NCBI GenBank assembly: GCA_963713855.1
Contig: OY970209.1
Location: 32,001 to 96,000 of the forward strand
DNA length: 64,000 nt
Direction of reading: 5' to 3'
Source of the DNA: an uncultured bacterium
GTDB taxonomy: Bacteria > Babelota > Babeliae > Babelales > Babelaceae
Both the position numbers and the translations under genes were made by a program. How positions within the stretch are numbered: position 1 is the stretch's first letter; the number at the start of each line of letters is the position of its first letter. Shown piece after piece: positions 33,366-41,873 of the stretch. The notes under the pieces are model-generated. The model was not told where the DNA came from. It worked only from the letters and a program-made list of their open reading frames with translations, and did not search any database.

Positions 33366-33632
33366 ATACGCCTACGCGGCATCATAAGAGTCATAGTATT
33401 GACTCTTATGAAAGGGCTCATAAGCCTGGACTCAGGCTTTATGACCCTTGACCCACACCCTGCTTAAACTTTTTATGGTTGTTTAATATACCAGAAAGGG
33501 AACCCTTTCTGGTATATGTGCCTAATGAGATAGACCGGTTTTTCCGGTCTATCTCATACACTATAAGTATGTAAGGAGCAAAACAAGAAACAGGTGCAGG
33601 ACGATGTCCTGCCGCTCGACGCGTAGTCGCCT
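33366..33632. other. Multi-hairpin structured non-coding element (candidate ncRNA or ssDNA structure)
   Basis: Five unrelated stem-loops plus a closing pair CTACGCG (33372-78) / CGCGTAG (33620-26). Confidence 0.65.
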
Positions 33633-33662
33633 ATTTCTCTTTGGCTTACTTAGGAACTCTAC

Positions 33663-34163
33663 CTAGAAAGGAAGCTCATCCTCAAAATCTTTAAAAGGTG
33701 GCTCGTCTTTAAACATGTTTGAGCCTGAAGCACTCTCGGTTTTTGGGGCTTGCGGTGCACGACGTGCTCCTGTATTGAAGTCAGAAGGTGCATCTTCCGA
33801 AGAAGCACCTTCGCTCGCCGTATCAGTGGTTTGTTGAGACCCAACAAAAACAACACTTTCTGCAACAATGGTATATCTATTGCGTGGCTGACCATCTGCT
33901 TCTTTCCATGAGTCTTGCTTAAGGCGACCTTCTACAAGAACCTGACGGCCTTTACGAAGATGTTGGGTACAAATATCAGCTAAAGCTCCCCACACTGCTA
34001 CATCGATAAAGCAAACGTCTTGAACCATGGCTCCCGCTTTGTTCTTAAAGCGCCTGCTTGATGCAATTGCAAAGTTGCATACCGATTGACCCATATCGAG
34101 CTTTTTAAGCTCTGGATCGCGGGTTAAATTGCCCATCATAATGATTTTGTTAAAGTTGGCCAT
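33663..34163 (-). CDS. ssb: Single-stranded DNA-binding protein
   Basis: NKIIMMGNLTRDPEL, KGRQVLVEGRL, acidic tail DELPF. Confidence 0.97.
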   Translation of the reverse strand: MANFNKIIMMGNLTRDPELKKLDMGQSVCNFAIASSRRFKNKAGAMVQDVCFIDVAVWGALADICTQHLRKGRQVLVEGRLKQDSWKEADGQPRNRYTIVAESVVFVGSQQTTDTASEGASSEDAPSDFNTGARRAPQAPKTESASGSNMFKDEPPFKDFEDELPF

Positions 34164-34237
34164 TCTGCTCCTTCGGCAAGTAAAAGCTTTGCTTACATGT
34201 CTATAAAAAAGTCGCTTAGGTTAGACTACCAAAAAGG

Positions 34238-34669
34238 TTAACTTTTGCAACTTTGTATATTAGATTTTGATTCAGCTTTATGCTCTTCTGATCGCGTTAT
34301 TGACGCGCACAATTTTACGAGTTCCTCACATCGAAGTTGTGTAGCATTACGCGCATTTTGAAGTTTCTCGTTATAGTACTCTTTTTCGTTTTTTAGAGCT
34401 TTCATAGAAGCACTATCAGACTTTCCCTCGGCAAGCGCACGCGCAGCGTCCATCACTTTATGGAGCGTTGAACCAAGTAATTCTATTTCAGTCGAGAGCT
34501 CATGCGCTAAAGCTTCAAAAGATTCTATTCCTAACTTTCGAGCCTCTGACATAGAAAAACGTTCAGGTTTTTGCGTCTTTTTTTCTATAAAAGCGTTTTG
34601 ACCATACGCACATATAACAACCGACATTACGAAGAATAAAGCCACAGTGACTTTTTTAGCACATACCAT
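34238..34669 (-). CDS. Secreted helical hypothetical protein
   Basis: Signal peptide; overlaps the end of pgsA, suggesting translational coupling. Confidence 0.65.
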   Translation of the reverse strand: MVCAKKVTVALFFVMSVVICAYGQNAFIEKKTQKPERFSMSEARKLGIESFEALAHELSTEIELLGSTLHKVMDAARALAEGKSDSASMKALKNEKEYYNEKLQNARNATQLRCEELVKLCASITRSEEHKAESKSNIQSCKS

Positions 34670-35271
34670 AAACGCGTTCCTTTAAGTCCTTTATAAAGAT
34701 AGTGGCCCAATGCGAGAGCATTAAACCAAAAAATAAGAAAATGCATGCATGCATTAAGCCAAAGCGTACTATGGTTAGCATAAAGTGAAAGAAGAAACCA
34801 AAAAACGCTCACCGTTTGCAAAAGCATAGCGCTTTTACCAAGCCAGCTTGGTTGTACTGTCGCAGCCTCGTTTGTATAGACAAGTCCTATACTTGTAATA
34901 ATAAGAACAAGTTCCTTGAAAATGAGAAACAGAAGAAGCCATAGAGGTAATGCTATCAGAGAGGCACACACCTTAATAAGTGCACCATAGCACGAAAGAA
35001 TAAGTATTTTGTCAGCCAAAGGGTCTAAATAAGTGCCCAAGAGCGTTTCTTCATCAAAGAGCCTCGCGCACGCGCCATCGAGCACATCAGTCAAAGCGGC
35101 AAAAATGAATAAGCAAGCCGCAGCATCCCATACAGCTGAAAGTATACATATAACAATGGCCGGTGCCAGCAAAATACGTGTTAATGTAAGCGCTGTCGAG
35201 AGCGTTAAATTAGCTTTTATAGTCATTCCCCACCTAAAGCCTTGGTTTGAACTACCATACCATACCAGCAC
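34627..35271 (-). CDS. pgsA: CDP-alcohol phosphatidyltransferase (PgsA-like)
   Basis: LTLTRI, AALTDVLDGACAR..T.LG..LDPLADK, GK.A; start probably near 35226. Confidence 0.85.
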   Translation of the reverse strand: MLVWYGSSNQGFRWGMTIKANLTLSTALTLTRILLAPAIVICILSAVWDAAACLFIFAALTDVLDGACARLFDEETLLGTYLDPLADKILILSCYGALIKVCASLIALPLWLLLFLIFKELVLIITSIGLVYTNEAATVQPSWLGKSAMLLQTVSVFWFLLSLYANHSTLWLNACMHFLIFWFNALALGHYLYKGLKGTRLWYVLKKSLWLYSS

Positions 35272-35290
35272 ACAATTGCACAGAAGTTTT

Positions 35291-36403
35291 TCAAAAACTC
35301 CCTTCCTTGATCACTCCACCACCCATACAACGCATGCCATCGTAAAAAACGGCAAATTGCCCCTCAGAAATCCCCTGATCCCTTTCATCCAACACGAGAG
35401 CAAGGTCACTTATTGAATGTTCAATGCGCCCAAGTGTACCTCTTTGAATGTGCGGCCCATGTCTCATTTTAACGCCTACGCAAGCAGGTAGTGTGGGTGC
35501 ACCAGGTATCCAATTAACGTCTTTTACGACAAGGTTTTTACGCTCTTTTTCAGGACTATAGTACTGCTTTGAGATATACACAGTATTTGATGAAGAATCC
35601 TTTAAAACAACATACCAGGGACCACCACTAAGGCGAATACCTTGGCGTTGGCCAATCGTATAATACCAAAAGCCCTCGTGTTCACCTAAATGTTTACCCG
35701 TTTCATATTCGAGCAACATCCCTTTTTGTACACCGACGTGATAGCGAATAAAATCGCTAAATTTTATTTTTCCCAAAAAGCAAATCCCTTGGCTATCCTT
35801 GCGGTCTTTGTTAGGCAAATTAAGCTCGCGAGCTTTTTCTCGTACCTGCGTTTTTGTCATATGCCCAATGGGAAAGAATGCGCGAGCAAGCTGTGTTTGG
35901 GACAGATAAGAAAGAAAATAGGTTTGATCCTTAAGATCATCCGGCGAGCGGTAGAGCTTATAATCGGTTCCTTCTTTTAGTACCTGCGCATAGTGCCCTG
36001 TTGCAATTTTTTCAAACCCTAAACCAAGTACGCGCTCAAAAGCACCAAATTTGATCCTTTGATTGCACATAATGTCAGGATTTGGCGTACGACCTGATTT
36101 GATCTCCGAAAGAACGTACGACACAACGTCTTGCCAATATTCCCTTTGCAAAGAGACCACTTCAAGAGGGACTTTTGCTTGATCACAAACGGCTTTTACA
36201 TACGATAGATCTTCTTGCCAGGGACAGTTTCCTAAATGGGAAAGCTCGTCTTCAAGCCAGATTTTAAGATAAAAAGCTGTTACTTCATGGCCCTGTTCTT
36301 GGAGGCTGCGTAAAGCAACTGCACTGTCAACGCCACCCGAGACTAAGACAGCACACCGTGTAGGAGGGTAAAGGGTATTTTCTCTATTCATACGCACCGC
36401 CAA
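35291..36403 (-). CDS. mnmA: tRNA 2-thiouridylase
   Basis: SGGVDSAV, GRTPNPDIMCN..IKF, ATGHYA, KDQTYFL, DSQGICF, YTIGQR. Confidence 0.97.
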   Translation of the reverse strand: MAVRMNRENTLYPPTRCAVLVSGGVDSAVALRSLQEQGHEVTAFYLKIWLEDELSHLGNCPWQEDLSYVKAVCDQAKVPLEVVSLQREYWQDVVSYVLSEIKSGRTPNPDIMCNQRIKFGAFERVLGLGFEKIATGHYAQVLKEGTDYKLYRSPDDLKDQTYFLSYLSQTQLARAFFPIGHMTKTQVREKARELNLPNKDRKDSQGICFLGKIKFSDFIRYHVGVQKGMLLEYETGKHLGEHEGFWYYTIGQRQGIRLSGGPWYVVLKDSSSNTVYISKQYYSPEKERKNLVVKDVNWIPGAPTLPACVGVKMRHGPHIQRGTLGRIEHSISDLALVLDERDQGISEGQFAVFYDGMRCMGGGVIKEGSF

Positions 36404-36489
36404 TACAATTTCCTCAGTTTTAATAAATTATAGTACAATCTTGATTTATTTGCTATGCTCTAATCTGTAAAAATCATGATAGAACTTTT

Positions 36490-36582
36490 GATATTTCCCC
36501 GCCGGGCTTACTAACCCTTTGCTGTGCATGAACCTCCCATTATGCACAAACAGCCGATATGCTGCCGGCGGGGCATCTTTTT
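36490..36582 (+). ncRNA. Candidate small structured RNA (long hairpin with a C-rich loop)
   Basis: CCCCGCCGG (36497-505) / CCGGCGGGG (36565-73) outer stem; TGTGCAT/ATGCACA inner stem; loop GAACCTCCCATT; T-run afterwards. Confidence 0.55.
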
Positions 36583-36661
36583 GTAAAATGCTATATAAAG
36601 CTCAGCACTTTGGTATACTATCGCTATATCTTTTGCCAAAATCTAAAGGACTATTCTCTTT

Positions 36662-38314
36662 ATGAACACGCTTGAGTCGATTCAACGTACTGTGTATGAG
36701 CAGATTAATAAGGCCTACCCTTTACATCCCGATACCGCTTCATTAATTACGCTTTCTTTGACTACCGATGCTACAAAGCATGCTTTTGGGGATCTTACCA
36801 GTAACGCTGCTCTCGTTCTTGCTCAATCATTACAAAAAAGTCCAAGAACTATCGCCGAGACTCTCAAAGCACAGTTATCTAGCTCTTTATTTGAGCGCGT
36901 TGAGATAGCAGGTCCGGGCTTTATCAATATTACCCTCTCACTTTCGGTTTTGCAAAAAATCCTTGAAGAGTTGATGGGCCTACAAGATCAATTTTTCAAG
37001 CTTTCAGCAACTGACTGCAAGCTTTCTTACTCGATCGAGTTTGTAAGTGCAAATCCAACCGGTCCTTTACATCTCGGTCACGGTCGCGGAGGTATTCTGG
37101 GCGATGTCTTAGGCAACATTTTACGGTTTTTAGGACACACGGCCGTTAAAGAGTTTTATATTAATGATGCAGGCTCACAAATTAAAAAGCTGGGGCTTTC
37201 ATTTCTCGCCCGTAGCCAACAAGCTGTAGGTATTGACGCAAAGGTACCCGAAGATGGCTACCATGGGCATTATCTTGTTGACCTTGCAGAGCAACTTGTA
37301 GCTCAAGAAGGAAAAAAAGTACTGGAAAAGCCCTTAACTTTTTTTGAAGACTACTCAAAAAATGCACTTTTACAGGATGCACGAACAACGCTCGAAAAAT
37401 ATGGCATTCACTTTGACGTCTGGTTTTCTGAAAAAAGCCTTTTTAATAGTGGTGCCATTCAAAAATCCCTCGAGTTTCTGACAAGTAGAGGGTATACCTA
37501 TAAAGCGGAAGATGCTCTTTGGTTTGCGTCAACCCGATTTGGCGATGATAAAGACCGCGTCTTAAAAAAAAGAAACGACGAATACACCTATGTAGCATCA
37601 GATGTCGCTTACTTACAGGAAAAAAAAGCACGTGGGGCCGATCGGCTTATCATTGTGCTTGGCCAAGATCACCACAGCTACGTGGTAAGACTAAAAGCCA
37701 TTATGGAAGCGCTTGGCTACGCGCCCGGTGACCTTGACGTCATTCTTTATCAACTAGTAACGATTAAAGAAACAGGTCAGAATATTCGTATGTCTAAGCG
37801 AGCTGGCCGCATAGTTTCACTCGAGGATGTGATTGATACGGTGGGCACAGACGTGGCGCGCTTTTTTTATCTTCACCGAAAAGCTGATGCTCACTTAGAA
37901 TTTGATATTGACCTTGCTCTTAAAAAGACTGAAGAAAACCCGGTATACTACCTACAGTATGCGTACGTTCGAATAGGCAGTATTTTAGAAAAAGCCGTCA
38001 AGCATCCCGAGCTTGAAAACATAACCAATGCGGATGTACAAGCAATTGGGGTTGAAGAAAAGCTCCTTATTAAAAAAATAATATACTTACGAGAACTCCT
38101 AAAAAATATCGGCTTTAACTACCAAATACATTTACTAACTTATTATGCTGTGGAACTTGCACAGCTTTTTCATCGCTATTACAACGACCACCGCGTCATC
38201 GATCTTGAAAATCCTCAAAAAAGCAGGGCACGAATCGCTTTATTAACGGTCTTGCGTTCAACCTTGAAACTCTGTTTTAAGCTACTTGAGATAAGCGCTC
38301 CCGAACGCATGTAA
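36662..38314 (+). CDS. argS: Arginine--tRNA ligase
   Basis: IAGPGFIN, EFVSANPTGPLHLGHGR, RMSKRAG, NPVYYLQYA, APERM. Confidence 0.98.
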   Translation: MNTLESIQRTVYEQINKAYPLHPDTASLITLSLTTDATKHAFGDLTSNAALVLAQSLQKSPRTIAETLKAQLSSSLFERVEIAGPGFINITLSLSVLQKILEELMGLQDQFFKLSATDCKLSYSIEFVSANPTGPLHLGHGRGGILGDVLGNILRFLGHTAVKEFYINDAGSQIKKLGLSFLARSQQAVGIDAKVPEDGYHGHYLVDLAEQLVAQEGKKVLEKPLTFFEDYSKNALLQDARTTLEKYGIHFDVWFSEKSLFNSGAIQKSLEFLTSRGYTYKAEDALWFASTRFGDDKDRVLKKRNDEYTYVASDVAYLQEKKARGADRLIIVLGQDHHSYVVRLKAIMEALGYAPGDLDVILYQLVTIKETGQNIRMSKRAGRIVSLEDVIDTVGTDVARFFYLHRKADAHLEFDIDLALKKTEENPVYYLQYAYVRIGSILEKAVKHPELENITNADVQAIGVEEKLLIKKIIYLRELLKNIGFNYQIHLLTYYAVELAQLFHRYYNDHRVIDLENPQKSRARIALLTVLRSTLKLCFKLLEISAPERM

Positions 38315-38379
38315 TTTAATAAAGCGGCTATTCTTTGATGTTCTTAATTTTAAGCGTTAGCACGTTAATATCTGAGCAA

Positions 38380-39531
38380 TTAGATTGGCTTATGCTGGAT
38401 AGGTTGAAACAGAAAACCAACGATAAGCGCAATAAGCTCGGGCGGAATCACTCTTGAAAGACTTTCGGCGGTGCCTTCAAAAGTCAAAGTAGGTCTTCTA
38501 ATACCAGAGGCTTGTACCCTAGCAGCTCCCTCAAGCATTTCTAGTATTCTTCTCAAAGAAAATCTATGATCATCTGACATCGATGCACGCGAGGCTAAAA
38601 GTTCACGCACATGCTCTCCGGATCTTGCTAAAGGTAAATTTGGTGCCTCACCGACGACGAAAGCTCTTTCTAGAATAAAAGATACGATAGGGTCATGGCC
38701 CATTGTCGAAGACCAGTAAAGAGCATTCTCGACAATCCTAATAAAGCTTTCATAGCTCAAAATACGATTCAGGAGCCTTGTTCGCAAAGCATCATATAGT
38801 TTATCAAATAAAACACTGTTTCCAGTAGCTGCAGCAGTCTCCAGAGCACCTTTCCAGCCATTCTCATCGATACCTGCAGAGTCATTTTCAAGCACGAATG
38901 CTACAAGTTCTTCTTGACCAAGTGCTATCATAAGAAAAAATGCTCGATTGAATATATCTTGATCAAATTCATTCTGAGAAATCAACTCCATTAAAAGGTC
39001 TTTTGCCTCTTGAATATTATTTGTCAAGATACTGTACAAAACAGGCTCATTTTTAAAGACTTCCATATTTTTTATATCAGATACATGAGCACCATGTGCT
39101 AAAAGCCATTCCACAACACGAATATTCGCCACCCGTGCAGCGATACGAACGGGTGTACCGCCAAAACGAGCGGCGGCATTCAGGCCGGCACCGAACTCGA
39201 CGAGCAATGACACTAAAGGCACATCGTCAAGACGAGCAGCAGCTAAATGAAGAGGCCTACTACCATGCTTATCAGATATATTTATGTCACCATCATAACG
39301 AACAAACAATCTAATAAGTTCTCTAAATCCTTTGCGAGCAGCGGTATGCATTGGCGTATACCCAAGACGTGATAGAGCAGTCAATTTGGCTGAACTTTTA
39401 AGAGCTTTTTCAGCTTCTTCGATCTTTCCAGACTCAGCGGCCTCTAAAAGACTTTTTGTAACATCATTTGCAATAAGACCAGTTACAAAACCAATACTAA
39501 CTAAAAATAAAATAGCACGCTTATATGACAT
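38380..39531 (-). CDS. Secreted ankyrin-repeat protein with a C-terminal F-box-like motif
   Basis: Signal peptide; GYTPMHTAA, GSRPLHLAA, GGTPVRIAA ankyrin repeats; C-terminus IPPELIALIVGFL. Confidence 0.85.
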   Translation of the reverse strand: MSYKRAILFLVSIGFVTGLIANDVTKSLLEAAESGKIEEAEKALKSSAKLTALSRLGYTPMHTAARKGFRELIRLFVRYDGDINISDKHGSRPLHLAAARLDDVPLVSLLVEFGAGLNAAARFGGTPVRIAARVANIRVVEWLLAHGAHVSDIKNMEVFKNEPVLYSILTNNIQEAKDLLMELISQNEFDQDIFNRAFFLMIALGQEELVAFVLENDSAGIDENGWKGALETAAATGNSVLFDKLYDALRTRLLNRILSYESFIRIVENALYWSSTMGHDPIVSFILERAFVVGEAPNLPLARSGEHVRELLASRASMSDDHRFSLRRILEMLEGAARVQASGIRRPTLTFEGTAESLSRVIPPELIALIVGFLFQPIQHKPI

Positions 39532-39552
39532 AATATGTTCCGTTTTTTTGCT

Positions 39553-39774
39553 TTAGCGTCGTTGAGCCCTTTGTAAAGCTGCAACAGCAATTTCGTGTCC
39601 CGGATCCCGCCATCTGACAACTTTTTTTCCTGCGGGACTAAGTCCATACTTAGCTTGCTCCTCTCTTTGTGCCATTTGTGAAGCTTTTGCTCCAGTTGCT
39701 GCACCGGAAGGCGCTTGGCCTCGAGCTATAACAGTTAATATAAGGCAAAAAGATAATGGTAATCCCCATTTCAT
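39553..39774 (-). CDS. Small secreted hypothetical protein (73 aa)
   Basis: AAGGAG RBS before ATG 39774; MKWGLPLSFCLILTVIARG signal peptide. Confidence 0.6.
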   Translation of the reverse strand: MKWGLPLSFCLILTVIARGQAPSGAATGAKASQMAQREEQAKYGLSPAGKKVVRWRDPGHEIAVAALQRAQRR

Positions 39775-40045
39775 AGTATTCTCCTTGTGGGTTCTTCGCA
39801 TTATCTTAGCAAAAAAACCATTCAATTAGGAATAATTGCAGAAAAAATGAATGATGTCTTGACCAACCAAACAGTTTTCTTTCTTGGCCGGTCCTGAGTA
39901 TAGATAAATATATTCATATTGTAAATACTTTTCTGATAAGCTGGGAAAAATAGATAGGTACGTTTATTAAAATAATGGACGTTTTGAGAAAGCTATCTCT
40001 AACGCTTAAAGATAAAGGGCTGCTTTTAAAATTAAGGGAGACAGA

Positions 40046-40792
40046 ATGAAATATGTGCTATTAATTGCCTGCGGACTTGCTTTGGGATTTGCTTCAAGTA
40101 CAAAGCCTCAGGTGGAACAAGAATTTTTAAAGGGGGTTACACTTGTCTCACTTGCCAACTGGATAATGAACAGCATCTATGGTGCGGATGACAAAAGCAC
40201 CGATTACAAATTTAAAAGAGATAGCTTGTCCGTTATTTTAAAGGCCATGATAGATCCGGTATTTGAACACGAGTTACTAAATAAATCTTTATCAGTCACA
40301 GATCCCAGAAGATATGTCATCATGGCGCTGTTTCAGTCAGGTAAATTAGTTCCAAAAGCTCTTGATTTTGTCTCATCCATCACAGCACGACTCAATGATT
40401 GGTGGAAAAAAGCAAGCCAGCCCGAACACATACCTATTTTTAGAGAAGATGATGTGAGCACGTGGACTGAAAAAGAAGAGGAGTGTCCAGCTGAGGACTC
40501 CTATTGGGATAAAATTAAGAATGCTTTTTATACCATCGCCTCTCCCCTTGCTTCAATTGCAGTCGCTTGTTTGGTGAATTACGTCGTCTACAAAATCGTC
40601 TATGAATTGGGACGAAAAGCGGCAAACGTTCCCCAAAACCAATGGGTTGACTTGGGCATCAAACTAGCTGCTCAGGAATCAGGTGTTGGAGGAAGCACCT
40701 ACCTCACTGACTGGTTTAAAACCGTTGTTGGGGATATCTTTAGTATCGAAAACAGCCCTCAATTTAGTGGGACGCCTTTGCACTCTCTTTGA
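40046..40792 (+). CDS. Secreted/membrane hypothetical protein
   Basis: GGGAG RBS; signal peptide; internal hydrophobic segment. Confidence 0.7.
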   Translation: MKYVLLIACGLALGFASSTKPQVEQEFLKGVTLVSLANWIMNSIYGADDKSTDYKFKRDSLSVILKAMIDPVFEHELLNKSLSVTDPRRYVIMALFQSGKLVPKALDFVSSITARLNDWWKKASQPEHIPIFREDDVSTWTEKEEECPAEDSYWDKIKNAFYTIASPLASIAVACLVNYVVYKIVYELGRKAANVPQNQWVDLGIKLAAQESGVGGSTYLTDWFKTVVGDIFSIENSPQFSGTPLHSL

Positions 40793-40885
40793 AACATTTA
40801 GCAGCCATTAAAAGCGTAATGTTCTTGATTATTTTGTTACTAATATGATATGTTAAACAAAATGTGGTTAAAAAAAGGTAAAGAT

Positions 40886-41755
40886 ATGAAGAAAATAAAA
40901 TTTCTTATAGTATTGATCTTATTAACGAGAAGCTATCTCCTTCAGGCGGCTGGCCCAGTAACCCATGCAATTTTAGGAGAAATGTGGTTAGATAAGTGCG
41001 GGACACGGTACACTCAAAATGAGCGTAAACTGTTTTTAATTGGCACGCTTTATCCAGATATAAGGTATCTGGCAGCGCTGTCACGTGAAGCTACGCACCT
41101 ATCAAGCGTATCTCTCGAAGACATTGAAAAGCAAACTGATCCCTTTACAGCAGGAAGCATGTTCCACTCGTGGGTCGATAACGCGCGAGAATACTATCTT
41201 AAAAGCAGGAAGAGCACATTGCTTCCACTACTTAAAGGGGTAAGCTCTATGCTTTCTTCAAATTACCTCAAATGGCTTGAAGATGAGATTTATTTCCCAA
41301 TGCAATCCTTTAGTGAAGTTGCTGAAGACCTTAAAACTGTACGCGAAGGCCAACTAAAAGGCGGGGTCGGTGATAAAGTTATTCGTGAATGGAATAACAT
41401 CTTGATCGAGCAATTAACCTATTCACCAAGCACTTTCTTTGAAAGAATGAGTAAAAAGGAAGATGGGCGCTTTTTTGAGCTTTCGCCAAACACTGTAAAA
41501 CAGTGGTCTTTAAGCCTTAAGCAGTACGCTCAAGATCATACATTTAAAGACTATGCTCGGGATCTTCTTACCTTCTTCGAAGAACAAATGAGTGATTGCA
41601 AAAGCCTCAAAACGTATCCTTTTGAAGCTGGCTCAGAAACGCCTGCAAGCATAAAATATTGGGTCAAACTTATAAAAAGACTTGGACGAGACCAGGTTTG
41701 GCCTTACCTCCCTCAAGCAGCCAAAGACTATCTTTTAGATGCTGGCTGGATATAA
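40886..41755 (+). CDS. Secreted zinc-dependent phospholipase C/P1 nuclease-like fold protein
   Basis: Signal peptide MKKIKFLIVLILL; mature start AGPVTH, GTLYPDIRY, TH, FHSWVD match the Zn-ligand pattern of this fold. Confidence 0.6.
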   Translation: MKKIKFLIVLILLTRSYLLQAAGPVTHAILGEMWLDKCGTRYTQNERKLFLIGTLYPDIRYLAALSREATHLSSVSLEDIEKQTDPFTAGSMFHSWVDNAREYYLKSRKSTLLPLLKGVSSMLSSNYLKWLEDEIYFPMQSFSEVAEDLKTVREGQLKGGVGDKVIREWNNILIEQLTYSPSTFFERMSKKEDGRFFELSPNTVKQWSLSLKQYAQDHTFKDYARDLLTFFEEQMSDCKSLKTYPFEAGSETPASIKYWVKLIKRLGRDQVWPYLPQAAKDYLLDAGWI

Positions 41756-41873
41756 AAGTCATTTAATTGAAGGGGGCTGCTCATCGCGCGGCCCTCAGAG
41801 CATTTTTGGGAAATTAGCATAAAGTATGTATACTTATTCTAGGTGTATCTTAACTTTATTCTAAGGACCGATC

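Noticed and set aside
33366..33632. Hairpin cluster as CRISPR, RNase P, tmRNA or a retron
   Set aside because: There are no direct repeats, no GAGGAAAGUCC, no tRNA-like ends, and no reverse transcriptase or cas gene in the window
36490..36660. T-box leader or SRP RNA upstream of argS
   Set aside because: Neither the GGTGGNACCGCG T-box nor the SRP CAGG..GNRA..AGCAG motif is present on either strand
39501..39704. 67-aa overlapping ORF
   Set aside because: It overlaps the better supported 39553-39774 ORF, which has an RBS and signal peptide
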